DNA from: Lama glama | Taxonomy: Eukaryota | DNA: 64,000 nucleotides | NCBI GenBank assembly: GCA_028534125.1 | Contig: CM052817.1 | Coordinates: 100,876,001 to 100,940,000, forward strand | Reading direction: 5' to 3' | In this document: positions 11,646-24,620 of the stretch, piece by piece | Numbering within the stretch: position 1 is the stretch's first letter | Layout of the letters: the number at the start of each line of letters is the position of its first letter | Made by a program: the position numbers and the translations under genes | Notes under the pieces: generated by a model | Databases searched by the model: none | Seen by the model: only the letters and a program-made list of their open reading frames with translations | Told to the model about the DNA's origin: nothing

Positions 11646-14600
11646 ATGCATGTCGGCCGACTAGATTAGCGATGGAAAGAAATTTCATAAAGGCCTTAGA
11701 CCCACAGAAGTTGTATTTAACTTGAAAAGTCATCTCCACGAAACTCACTAATTTCTGACCACCTTTACAGCTGGCCACCGTGTCCCCAGAGCAAAGTAGC
11801 ACGTGTCTGCTCACAGTGGAGGAGGTCCCACTCTCCGTCCCAGAATACAACCCAACAACTAGAAGCAGAGAAGGAAGCTAAAGAATCTTTTTAATTTATG
11901 TATTTATTTTACAATATCATATTTTTAAAATTGAAGTAGAGTTGATGTACAATATTATATGTCACAGAAATTAAGAAATTTTGAGCACCTACTCTATTTT
12001 ATGACAGGCATTCTTCAGGGCCTCTTTATTAATAACTTACTTTATGTTTGTAGTTATTCTTTGCTATAGAAACAAGTATTTCATTTTGTAGATTAAGAAA
12101 CTGAGGCTCAAAAAATGGTTATGCAACTTGCCTAAGAATTTGACTATCCAGCTTCAAAGTCTATTTTTCTTTGACATCATAGATTAAATCATTTTAGATC
12201 CATTACCTGATTTCCTTTAGACTCCCCCTAATTTTGGTGAGGTCCTCAGCATATTAGATATTGGTTCTTTCCCCTCCTCTATGAGGTTAGTTTCCCCAGC
12301 CTATGGTATTATATATAATTTCTTTCTAGTTCATAAAGTTCTTTTCTGGACTTTGGTGACGGAATCATTTAGGACTTGTTAGTTAACTGATTAGTTTGAT
12401 GCAAAAGAGGGAGGGGGTTAGGAAATTGTGGTACATTCATTTCATGATGTTTTATTTAGTACATATTGACAGGAAAAGATTGTCGTGATAAATTTTATTT
12501 TTTTTAAAGCAAGTTACAAAACATGCAGGGAATGCCATTTTTGTAAAAAAAATCGTATGTAAACACACATATATGCATATGCAAATGCACATACTCACAC
12601 TCCAACAGACACACTCAGGAGAGTGTGCATCAGAGCATTTATACTGATTAACTCAGAATGGGAGGGTGGTGGGTGGTGACTGATCTCCAATTTGCTTTTC
12701 TGAATTTTCTGATGCCTCTTCCGTGGGTATATATTATTTCATGTAAGAAGGCCCCCTTGTCCATTCTTAAAATTTCCCTCTCCTCTCCCCACCCTAAGTC
12801 CTTTACATGCCCCTGGTATTTGTTCTCCTAATCAAATATTTAGCTCTATGTTATTCTTGACACCCAAAATAAGAGTTCTTTGGGAGCAGAAAGAAAAAAA
12901 GAAAAAAACCAGCCTCCCAGCTACGTCCGGTTCAAGGAGAAAACAAGGCAGCTGCTAAATCTCCCCTCAGACTCCCGTTTTGCATGCATAGTGAGAGCGC
13001 TATTTGAGGGCATCCAAGAACAGAACACGGGTAATAATTATTTCTTCAGGATTCTTGGGCTCTGCGGGGTGTGCATAAGAATGGAATACACCAACTCGTA
13101 AATCTAAATGATTAATAACAACAGCAAGCACGCCGTAATAAATACTTACAGGAATCAGTGAAAAAAAACTTATGTGTTGCAGCCATGGGCTTCAAAGAGC
13201 AGCTATTGATTTTTGCCCTCTATAGAGGAATAAACTCTCTCGCAGTTCTCTGCCCAAGTGACTCCTGCTTGAGACCCCAGTACCCTGGGGACCCAAAGCC
13301 GTGCAGGTCTGAAGAAGGAAGATTCTGCAGTGTGAAGCCAGAGTCCCTTGAGGACCATGCCTTAGGTCTGGGTCTCTTCCAGAAAAGATCATCCTTCAGT
13401 GAAACAGGATGCAAGTGATGCTCTGGGTCAGTCCACCCACCCAGTTAAAGGGAGTGGATAGCCAAGAACAGAACCACCTTTGACCTCTAATGTCTTGGAA
13501 CCAGAAAGGGAAGGAATGTGTCTTCTTTCATGTGAGTTTATAAAAAGGATAGGGTCAGGAAGTTGGGGGTTGGGGGGGGAACCATTCACTAAGCAGAGAG
13601 AAATGTTGGAAACTAGGACATAAAAACTTAGAAATCTTCAGAACAGGATCAGGAGAGTGAAAGCAATTTCTGGCCCAGGTCTTAACCCCTGGGTGCTTCA
13701 CCCTTAAAACCCTCCAGAGGGAAACAAACCAGTGACCCTCCAGGTCTGTGGGGCCTGACCAGGGTCCTGGTTGCTTAAAGAGATGATTGTCTGCTATCTG
13801 GGATGGGCCTCTGGCATTCTCTGCACTCCTCCCGAGCCTCAACTGTCCTGTTATGGCAAAACAGCAGTGTGGGCAAGAGGTACCCGCGGGTTAGGAGCGT
13901 GGTGACTGTGTGCAGCAGGGTACCCATGGGCCAAGAGGGAGGTGCCACATCGTTGCATCTCCACCTGGCAGGCGGAAGGTATTTCTTCTGCACGCTACCT
14001 TGGTCCTCTTGCTGGATGAAGTGTATCCCAGAATCGTTTCCTCTTTGGAACAATCTGTTGGGACAGATGTGCATGCGAGGCGTCTGCTGCTGGCCCACTC
14101 TGCCTTCCTACTGTGCGTTAAATCCACATTTCGGTCCACGCCTCGGCAAGGTCACAGGCTGCCCAGGGCTTCTTCCCCACCTCAGCTCCCAGCACTTAGA
14201 TGGCCTGTTCAGACCGAGGCCCCGGAAAATCGGACAGGGCAGGACAGCAGGGAAATGGTTAACCTGATGGTACCTCACATTCCCAGTCCTCGGCACAAAT
14301 AGTATTGAGAACATTTCTTGACCAATCTAAGTCAAGAGGAAGATATACAGTGATTATCTGAACGCCTCTGCTCCAGCAGAGAAGCAAAACTGTCATGTCA
14401 TATCCACAAAGGGGAAGAGAAGTCTTGGGAAGATGCTCTAGAAACCTTGGCTAGAAGCTAAATACCACGAGGCACAAAGTCGCTTTCTAGCCACATTCTC
14501 AAACTTTGCAGTTCCCCATTTCATGTTTAAAACTGCCCTCCACACATATCATCACTCTGCCTCCTACTTCTCCTCCAGAAAGGCCCAAGGAAGCAGCATC

Positions 14601-14964
14601 TCACTGCATTGTCTTCCAGAACAGCAGAATGTTTCTTATCTCGGGCAGACTAGCTGTAGCGGACCTTTGTTCCAGCTGTTACAGAACCAGGGCTTCTCTC
14701 CCCTTCTTGTCCTCCTCCGTCCTGTAGAGCCACTGGGAACACATTCACTCTGCCTTTTGATGTTGTAACTAAACACCATTACACTGATCTTTCTTATCCA
14801 CTTCCCATCTCCCCACCAATTTCTCAGGTGCACTGTTTTACTTTGTGTTTCTGAAACAGCTTGTGTAGGCAGGTACAAGAGGAAAAAACCCTACCACATA
14901 GACAGCCTCAACCTCAGCAACTAAGAATGAGCTACAACAAAATGCTTGAACGGGTCACTTAAAA

Positions 14965-16585
14965 GCTAGATGGATGACAAACAAGCACATGAAAAGATGC
15001 TCAGTATTATATGTCATGAGAGGAATGCAAATTAAAGCCACACTGAATGGCTATCATTAAAAAGTCTACAATTAATAAGTGCTGGAAAGGGTGTGAAGAA
15101 AAGGGAACCCTCCTACACTGTTGGTGGGAACATAATTTGGTGTGGCTACTATGGAGGACAGCATGGAGGTTCCCTAAAAAACTAAAAACAGAGTTACCAT
15201 ATGAGCTAACAATCCCACTCCTGGGCATATATCCAGAGATAACTGTAATTCAAAAAGACACATGCACCCCACTGTTCACAGAAGCACTATTTACAAAAGT
15301 CAAGACATGGAAGTAACCTAAATGTCCATCAACAGATGACTGGATAAAGATGTAGTGTATATATACAATGGAATATTACTCAGCCATAAAAAGAATGAAA
15401 TAATGCCATTTACAACAGCATGGATGGACCTAGAGTTTATCATACTGAGTGAAGTAAGTCAGACAGAGAAAGACAAATATCATATGATATCTCTTACATG
15501 CAGAATCTTTAAAAAATGATACAAATTCTATTTATAAACCAAAAACAGACTAACAGATGTACAAAACATACTATGGTTACCAAAGGGAAAAGGGTGGGGA
15601 GGGATAAATTAGGGGTTGGGGATTTACAAACACACATTACTATCTATTAAATAGATAAATAACAAGGAAGGACCTACTGTATAACACAGGAAACTATATT
15701 CAATTTCTTATAATAACATATAATGGAAAAGAATTGAAAAAAGTATATATATATGTATATGTATAACTGAATCACTCTGCTATACACTTGAACTAACATT
15801 GTAAATCAACTACACTTCAAAAAATTTAAGAAAAAAGCCACACTGAGATACTACCACCCATTAGAATAGCTAAAAAAACAAAACAAACAAACAAAAAAAA
15901 AACACTAACAATACCAAGTGCTGGTGAGAATGTGAAGCAAGTAGAGTGTTCATACAGTGCTGATGGGAATGTGATGTGGTCCAACAACTTTGGAAAACAG
16001 TTTGCCAGTTTCTTCCAAAGTTGAATGCATACCTTACCATATGACCCAACCATCCCACTCCTAACAGAAATAGAAACCTGTGTTCAGATAACAAATTTTA
16101 TGTGAGTGTCTATGGTAGCCTTATTCAAAATTGCCCAAAGTTGAAGACAACCCAAATGCCCTTCCACTGGAAATGGATAAACAAACTGTGCTACATCCAT
16201 ATGATGGAATATTACTCAGCAATGAAAAGTAAGGCACTACTAATACAAGCCACAACCTGGATGATGCTCAAAAACCTACGTTAAACGAAAGATACCAGAC
16301 TCAGAGGTCAATACGTTTCCATTTATATGATATTTTTGTGAGAGAAACTCTTGCAAAGGCAAAACTTTAGGAACAGAAAAAGACCAGTGATTGCCAGGGA
16401 CTGGGGCAGGGGTGGTGGAGAGAGGCATTGAGGACATAGAGTCATAGGGGAATTCTAGGAGTGATGAAGCTGTTCTAGATCTTAGTTATGGTGGTGGTTA
16501 CACTACTGTACACATTTATCAAAATTCCCTAAACTATACACTGAGGCTGAATTTTACCATATGTAAACTCTACCTTAATTTAAAA
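14965..16585 (+). mobile_element. Older L1 (L1MB/MC-like) host element, split by the 15047-15833 insertion
   Basis: aagcacatgaaaagatgctca...aattaaagccacactga resumes at 15834 with gatactaccacccattagaatagct and runs to an old 3'UTR. Confidence 0.8.
15047..15833 (+). mobile_element. Younger 5'-truncated L1 inserted into an older L1
   Basis: TSD aaagccacactga at 15034-15046 and 15834-15846; ORF2 C-terminal motifs ([10 protein letters not shown]...LLGIYP). Confidence 0.9.
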
Positions 16586-17002
16586 ACTATGACGGCAGAG
16601 TTGGACTGTCTCCAAGCAAACAGTGTAAATGCCCATGATGTCACATCTTTAGCCAGCCCTTCCCAAAGGGCCATGGCACTGCTTCTCTCCTCCCACTGCT
16701 GTATGAGAAATGTAACCTCAGAGCCACTGGAAATAAATGCGGTGTTCCCATAGCCTCCAGCCCTGGAGGACACCGGTACTGCTGCTTCAGTGACAGAGGT
16801 GACACTGGTAAGGAAGATCAGCCTGTGTGATTGGTTAAATCCAACCGGGAGAGACTCTGTCAGAGTCAAGAGTCATGTAGGAAGTGGCAGCCAGTGATGT
16901 TGAACACGGTCACCATAAGCCATTGGGCACCTAGGATGACCTCGAGGGTGAACATGACTGGAGGCAGCCCTGCCTATTGTGTGGTCAGTACATGACCAAC
17001 TC

Positions 17003-17502
17003 NNNNNNNNNNNNNNNNNNNNNNNNNNNNNNNNNNNNNNNNNNNNNNNNNNNNNNNNNNNNNNNNNNNNNNNNNNNNNNNNNNNNNNNNNNNNNNNNNN
17101 NNNNNNNNNNNNNNNNNNNNNNNNNNNNNNNNNNNNNNNNNNNNNNNNNNNNNNNNNNNNNNNNNNNNNNNNNNNNNNNNNNNNNNNNNNNNNNNNNNNN
17201 NNNNNNNNNNNNNNNNNNNNNNNNNNNNNNNNNNNNNNNNNNNNNNNNNNNNNNNNNNNNNNNNNNNNNNNNNNNNNNNNNNNNNNNNNNNNNNNNNNNN
17301 NNNNNNNNNNNNNNNNNNNNNNNNNNNNNNNNNNNNNNNNNNNNNNNNNNNNNNNNNNNNNNNNNNNNNNNNNNNNNNNNNNNNNNNNNNNNNNNNNNNN
17401 NNNNNNNNNNNNNNNNNNNNNNNNNNNNNNNNNNNNNNNNNNNNNNNNNNNNNNNNNNNNNNNNNNNNNNNNNNNNNNNNNNNNNNNNNNNNNNNNNNNN
17501 NN
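17003..17502. other. Assembly gap (500 N)
   Basis: N run. Confidence 1.
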
Positions 17503-17642
17503 GGCCTGTAGTGTTTGTGTAGAGAAATCAGCTGAGAGCCTTATGGGGGTTCCCTTGTAATTCACTCTTTGCTTTTCTCTTGCTGCCTTTAGAATCATTT
17601 CTTTATCCTTGACTCTGGCCATCTTGATTATGATATGTCTTG
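17503..17642 (-). mobile_element. L1 ORF1 fragment abutting the gap
   Basis: RHIIIKMARVKDKEMILKAAREKQRVNYKGTPIRLSADFSTQTLQA is typical L1 ORF1p. Confidence 0.92.
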
Positions 17643-17644
17643 AA

Positions 17645-18420
17645 CACACTTTCATTTTTAGATTTGCAGAATGTACAGTTTCAGATTTATGAATTATCAT
17701 CCAGAAAGAGTTCCTACATACCTAGTTTCTCCTATGTTAGCACCTTACATTATTACCATGGGACATTTTTTACAGTGAAAGGACCAATATTGATACATTA
17801 TTATTGAAGTCCATACATTGTTCACATTTTCTTAGTTTTTCCCTAATATCCTTTTTCTATTCTAGGATCCCACCAAAGACACCACAATACATGTATTAGT
17901 CCCGTCTCCTCAGAGTCCTCTTGGCTGGGACAGTTTCTCAGACTTTACTTTGGGTTTACTTTTCTCCAGACTAGATGAATATGTTTTTAGGAGGAAGATC
18001 ACAGAGGCAAAGGGCATTTCTCATCACATCACATCAGGGGCACGCACTGTCAATATGCCCTATTGTTGCTGTTGACTTTAACTTTGATCACCTGTTAGCA
18101 TTGGACAGGTTTCTCGGCTGCACGGTTGCTCTTTTTCCCGCCCTTTCCATCGTGCTCTCAGGAAGAACGTCGCTCTGCCGAGGCTACATGTGAGGAGTAG
18201 GGAGCTATCCTCCAGCTCCTTGAGGGCAGGGTATCCACGTTAATGACTTGGAGTTCTGCATTTCTCTCTTCTCCCACATGTATTTATTTATTCCTCCAAT
18301 CATTTATTTACATCACTATTGATTCATGGACATTTATATTATTATAATATGTAAGTTATATTTATATGTTATATATGTTATAATTTTAGTATAACTTTAG
18401 GTTATAATTCAATACTACCT
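17645..18420 (-). mobile_element. Old L1 (L1MC-like) 3'UTR
   Basis: ccaatattgatacattattatt...ctaggatcccacc...cagtttctcagactt resembles the L1MC 3' end. Confidence 0.6.
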
Positions 18421-19757
18421 TAATCAATAGTTGTTTTTTTTTTTTACTTTTTATTACACAATATTTTGAGTATATAAAATAGTAGACAAAATAATACAAT
18501 GAACCCTCATGTCTCAGTCACCAGCCCTAATGCCCATGAAGCCATGGGCAATTTTGCCCCCTAAACACCATATTATTTCATCCTTCAGTATTTCTATATG
18601 TATCAAGAATTAAAAAAAAATAGCTACAATACAATGAGCACAGCTAAAACAATTAACAATAAATCCTGAAGAGCAAATAGTCCAGGTTCAAATTTCAAAT
18701 TGTTTCATGAGGGGATATTTTACAGTTTTTCCCTTAAACCAGATTTGGAGTAAGCCTTTATTTACTTTAGGATTGATGGATGTAAAATTTAAGTCTTTTT
18801 TAATCTAAGTTCCCTTTTTATCTTTCTCTTTCTCTCCTTTTTTTAAGTTTTGCAGTATATTTAATGAAAGAATCAATTGTACATCCAGAGAGTTTTCCAG
18901 GCTGCATTTTGCTGATGGTATTGCTGGGATGTAGTTCAGGATGCCTCTGGCCTCTGTAGTTCCTTCAAGTTAGTAGTGAGATCTGACACCAAGGCTGGTT
19001 TTTAGGGCATGTTGTCAATGAATAATGAAACAGAAGTTTTCTGTCCTTGTTAGTGTCAACAAGGACGCAGAAGCTGGTGTGGGCGAGGCCACATTAGAGC
19101 CATGGACCAGTGTGGCCCAGAGGTGGGTGAGTGCTGGGTGCCTCGGAGTCACGCCCTCACTGAAGCAGCCAGAAGGATGCCCGCCAGCGGGCTGTGGAAA
19201 TGGTAGCACAGGAACACGGCATGCTCTGCAGCGGAATCCCCACAGAGTTCAGGTTCAAAGCGGTCTGCGCAAATCTCAATCTCCTGTTTCTATTAATTTT
19301 TAAATGTCTCTGACGTTCTTTATAAGCAGCTGCTGATGCTATAAGTCTCTTAACTGTTAAAATTCCCTTGCCCTGTGATCAGACATGGCTATATAATAAG
19401 TATGAAGCTTAGGTATGATGAGGTGGGGGTCCCTTGTTCAAAATTATTAAGAATTTCTAGATGACAAGAGCAGAACATTAAACCAAGCACTGGGCACTGT
19501 TACGTGTAGGACCCTGTGTGCCTGGGAGCCCGGGAAGCCCATCTGCCTGTGATATCCCGTGGGAGTTGAATGGGGAGATAAATACTCATTATCTTCACCT
19601 CTTACACAGAGCACCTCCAACCCAGAGCTCACCGAGGTTTTGATGGAACACCAGGACCCTGTGACGTCACATCCCTCCACGAAAAATCCATCCTTATCTA
19701 ATTCAGGAACAGCCGGAGGTAAAGGCCTCACCCCTGCAGCCCGGGCACGAGGGAACT

Positions 19758-20539
19758 GTTTTGTTTTGTTTTGTTTTTTTAACATTTTTTATTGATTTAT
19801 AATCATTTTACAATGTTGTGTCAAATTCCAGTGTAGAGCACAATTTTTCAGTTGTACATGAACATACATATATATTCATTGTCACATTTTTTTCTCTGTG
19901 AGCTACCATAAGATCTTGTATATATTTCCCTGTGTTATACCGTATAATCTTGTTTATCTACTCTACAATTTTGAAATCCCAGTCTATTCCTTCCCACCCT
20001 CTGCCTTCTTGGCAACCACAAGTTTGTATTCTATGTCTATGAGTCTATTTCTGTTTTGTATTTACACTTTTTTGTGTTTTTCTTTTTTTAGATTCCACAT
20101 ATGTGTGATCTCATATGGTATTTTTCTTTCTCCTTCTGGCTTACTTCACTTAGAATGATGTTCTCCAGGAACATCCATGTTTCTGCAGACGGCGTTATGT
20201 TGTTGGTTTTTATGGCTGAGTAGTATTCCATTGTATAAATATACCACATCTCCTTTATCCAGTCATCTGTTGATGGACATTTAGGCTGTCTCCATGTCTT
20301 GGCTATTGTAAATAGTGCTGCTGTGAACATTGGGGTGCAGGTGTCATCCTGAAGTAGGGTTCCTTCTGGATATATGACCAGGAGGGGGATTCCTGGGTCA
20401 TACGGTAAGTCTATTCCTAGTCTTTTGAGGAATCTCCATATTGTTTTCCACAGTGGCTGCACCAAACTGCATTCCCATCAGCAGTGTAGGAGGGTTCCCC
20501 TTTCTCCACAGCCTCTCCAGCATTTATCGTTTGTGGATT
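19758..20539 (-). mobile_element. Young 5'-truncated L1 with TSD
   Basis: Clean ORF2 C-terminus (125-aa ORF at 20088-20465), (GTTTT)n tail, TSD acgagggaact at 19747-19757 and 20540-20550. Confidence 0.93.
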
Positions 20540-20937
20540 ACGAGGGAACTATTTCACAGCAGGTTACCCTGCCTGGCACCAGAGGAGTTCAGAGCCTGAG
20601 AGCCCTCTCTCCAATACTGTGGTTATGCAGGAAGTTTCTCTTGTTCTTGGGGGATACATGCTTACGTGTTTTAGGGTGGAGCATCAGAATGCCTGCAACT
20701 AATTTTCAGATGGTTCAAAACACAGGCGCATGCACACACACACACACATACACACATACAACATATATAATATATATGTAGTGGGAAGGGAAGACCTCTC
20801 TAAGCGTTTGCCATGTGGAAATCTGGGGAAAGAAGTTTCCAGAACAGGGAAATACAGGAGCAAAGCCTTGAACCAAGGTGCCCGAGCCAGGCAGCCAATG
20901 CGGCAGAGCTAAATAAAAGCCTGAATTTGGGGGATCC

Positions 20938-21033
20938 TTTTTTTTAATCTTTTTTAATGGAGGTGCTAGAGATTGACCCCAGGACCTGGTGCATGCTAAA
21001 TACACACTTTACCACTGAACTATTACTCTCCCC
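20938..21033 (-). mobile_element. tRNA-derived SINE (Vic-1-like)
   Basis: taatggaggtgctagagattgaccccaggacctggtgcatgcta...accactgaacta. Confidence 0.8.
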
Positions 21034-21038
21034 ACCAA

Positions 21039-21145
21039 TTTCTTCCTCCCTTCCTTCCTTCATTTCTTCCTTCCTTCTTTCCTTCCTTCCTTCCTTTCTC
21101 CCTTTCTTTCTTTCTGTCTTTCTCTTTCTCTCTTTCTTTCTTTTG
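21039..21145. repeat. Polypyrimidine (TTCC/TTTC)n microsatellite
   Basis: Directly visible. Confidence 0.9.
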
Positions 21146-22590
21146 TTTAATTTTGGGCTTCCAAAACCAGACAGACATCCCTCACAGATCCCACTGTATC
21201 CCATCAGAGCATTTAACACTACAGGAACTCGTCCTGCTCTGTGATCTGTTTGTTTCTCTCCCCGCTAGGATGTAAGCCAGTTAGAGAAGGAACCTGGTTT
21301 TCCTTCCTCACCCTGTACCACTGTATCCTGGCGCCTGAAACAGGGCTGCAGCAGGAGGAACTCCGTAAGTATTTGTTACCTGGGTGGCAGTGTGTGAATA
21401 AGTGATCAAAGTGATCATTTAACCAAGGACGAGAAGGAATCCGTGATGTTGATCACGCTGAGTGGTCAGATCTGGGGAGTATGAGACATTTCAAAGAAAG
21501 CCGAAGGAGAAGAGTGTGTTTTTCCAGAACAGCAAACAGCTGTGGAAGACATGGTTGGGGTAAGTGGAAGGGGAGGCTTAAAGGGGGAGCTTTGTTGCTG
21601 TTCAGATCATCCCCTCTTGAAAGAGTTTGGACCCCGCCCTCCATTTCCCTTGGTGGACCCTTTTAAATGTGTGCAAGGAGGGGGAAGGCATTGGTGTGGT
21701 TGTTTCCGCCTCGTTTCTCTCTTATCAGAAACAGAAACTCAAAGGTCCAAGGGTTGAAACACCACTCAGCCCCCTCCCCAGGCTCTCCCGTGGACTTCCC
21801 GACCTGCTGGACTTCATCTCCTGAGGTTTAGCCATAAACCACCAACAGCTATGAGTATCATTTTTCAATCTGGGAAAACCCAGTAGCCAGCCGATTTAAC
21901 AGGAAGATTGACATGGACCTGCTTAGAATGCGGGTGATCTGGCAGAATGAAAGCAGGATCAGGGCCACGTTTTAAAACTCATTCTTAGCAGACAGGCCTC
22001 TTCTGGTGCCAAGAAGAAAAAGAAAACAACTGTCTGGGAGATCAAATAAAATGATCATTCCAGACTATGGAAATCGGAGGTGGATCTACGCCCCAGGGCT
22101 CGGTACTCTTGTTGAACGTGTTTGGAGAACAGCAGGTGTCTTAAGTACAGCTCCACGTGAGGCTGCCTCCCCGCCTCGTGAAAATGTGCACGTTTATTCA
22201 TCCTCAAACACCTTGAGACTGTCAAATATTAGAAAGGAAAAATAGGACTTGTCATGTCACACAGACAGAATATAGGAACCAAATATGACTTGTATGTCAG
22301 AGACGAAAAAATCGAAGCATCTGAAGAGCTTGCAGCTTGAAAATCTAAAGGTTTTTTTTTTCTTTTCTATCATTCTCCAAAGCCAAGAAATCAAAACAAA
22401 AGTGATGCCAAATTTTTCAACGTTTCTCCCTGCTAGTGAGTTTAAAATCTTCTTAGGGAATAGTCCATCTGTTTAGACAAAAAAACAAGAATCCCTTGGC
22501 CTCGACACAGGTAAAATTTCTTAAGAGCTTTGGCCCTTTGCCTTCGGTAAGAGCCAGACATGCCAAGTCCACAGACGTGTCAGAAATGAA

Positions 22591-22912
22591 CTCATCTACA
22601 AAACAGAAACAGACTCACAGACATAGTAAACAATCTTACGGTTACTAGGGGAAAGGGGGTGTGGAAGGGATAAATCTGGGAGTTTGAGATTTACAAGTGA
22701 TAACCACTATATATAAAAATAAATTTTAAAAAACCCAAGTTTTTCCTGTGTAGCACAAGAAACTATATTTAATATCTTGTGATGACCTTTAATGAAAAAG
22801 AATACAAAAACAAAGATATGTGTATATATGCATGACTGAGACTGTACTGTTTATGCTGTACACCAGAAATCTACACATTGTAACTGACTATGCTTCAATT
22901 AAAAAAAAAACA
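22591..22912 (+). mobile_element. L1 3'UTR insertion with TSD
   Basis: TSD agaaatgaa at 22582-22590 and 22913-22921; poly(A) tail. Confidence 0.88.
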
Positions 22913-23184
22913 AGAAATGAAAGTGATTCCCTTCCAGGAAGACAAATTAGTTCAGCTATTTGGCAAATGAATAGATAAGCGTCCTGTTGGCAGACAGGTA
23001 AAACTGAAGCAAACAGCGGCCTGAAAGTTTCTGTTGCTTCTCTTCGCGATCAAGGAAATAGAAAACTGATTATATCAACCAACCCCTTATGGACGAGGAA
23101 AACTGGCATTAAGTATTTGGTTGCAGCAGAGCTCAGATCGTACAAATAACTAATCTAACCAATCTAAATGCATCTAACAATAAA

Positions 23185-23410
23185 TAGACGTCTGCTCCAA
23201 AACTGTTATCTAAGTTTTCATCCTAAGTCGCCTTAAGTTTTAAGAACAACCTTAAAACTGCTAGCAAGATCAAGCAAATTCCTTTAGATGGTAAGAAGGT
23301 AGACGTCTGCTCCAAAACTGTTATCTAAGTTTTCATCCTAAGTCGCCTTAAGTTTTAAGAACAACCTTAAAACTGCTAGCAAGATCAAGCAAATTCCTTT
23401 AGATGGTAAG
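23185..23410. repeat. Perfect 111-bp direct duplication (23185-23295 and 23300-23410) with a 4-bp spacer
   Basis: tagacgtctgctcc...cctttagatggtaag occurs twice, identical on reading. Confidence 0.95.
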
Positions 23411-23547
23411 TAAGGGTCTGAAGAGGACCTAGGAAATAAATGTTAAGGAAAGGCTAAGTTCATTGTCTTATTTTTTCTTTGGGTTTTTACTTCTGCTTCT
23501 TTTGCTTTCAGGCTGGGGCAAGTCCTTTTTTTAACCATATCCAGTTA

Positions 23548-23965
23548 GGAATGAACTAATGTCATTTGCAGCAACGTGGATGGACCTAGAGATGATCATA
23601 CTAAGTGAAGTAAGTCAGAGAAAGACACATATCATATGATATCACTTATATGTGGAATCTAAAAAAAAAATGACACAAACTTATCTACAAAACAGAAAGA
23701 GGCTCATAGACATAGAAAACAAACTTAGAGTTACCAAAAGGGAAGGAGGGAGGGAGGGATAAATTGGGGGTTTGAGATTGGCTGATACAAACTATGTGTG
23801 CAGAATGACCAACAAGGTCCTATTGTGTAGCACAGAGAACTGTATTCAACGGCTTCTAGTAACTGTAATAAAAAATATGAAAAAGAATATATATATGTAA
23901 AAATAGAAACATATTCCTTTGTAATTTATGTCCACATAAAAACTTACTTTTATATTAAAAAAAAA
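23548..23965 (+). mobile_element. L1 3' end
   Basis: catttgcagcaacgtggatggacctagag... followed by 3'UTR and A tail. Confidence 0.85.
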
Positions 23966-24620
23966 AACCAGTATCCAGCTAACATCTTAGAAACTAAACA
24001 GATAAGAACTGATCTGGGGACGTATGCTGTTGAGTTAACCTCCAAACACACTTCTTAAATGATAACTGTTTTTAAAAACAGTTTGAAGTCTGAAACTATT
24101 TTTCTAAGACCTATGTCTAAATATTAGTCAGAAAACTTTTTAAAGGACCAGGCTTTCATGAATTTACCTGGAAAAAAATGTTTATTATGTGTATGTTGGA
24201 ACCAAACAACACCTTTAATTCTTTAATCTCCTTTTCTTTATTCACATAAATGAATTAAATAGTTGCTATCTATGATTGCTGCTAGATAGAAAAATGCCCT
24301 CACACTAAGATTCTCAGCAAAGAGGGCTGATCACGTGTACAGCTTTGGTCTCTCTTGCCTATAAGAGTATACACCACTCATCCTCTATTTGTTGAGACCC
24401 ACTATGTGAAAAGAGATGAACTAAAGTCTTTGGTGGATACAGAGATGACTCAGCTGTAGATCGTTTTGCAGGGGGTGTCTAGGGTAAGGAACACCCAGCA
24501 TTAATAATTGAGAGACTGAATTCTAGTCCTGAGTCTGCCACTAACTATGTGACTCTTGGCAAATCACTCAACCCCTGGAAGCCTCGCTCTTTTCACCTAT
24601 AAAAAGGAAAGAATATAGAT

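Noticed and set aside
13775..14314. Cluster of overlapping 68-154 aa ORFs
   Set aside because: GC-rich sequence open in several frames on both strands, with no recognisable protein, splice structure or retrocopy hallmarks.
16873..17700. Long ORFs of 181-275 aa
   Set aside because: Artefacts of translating through the N gap.
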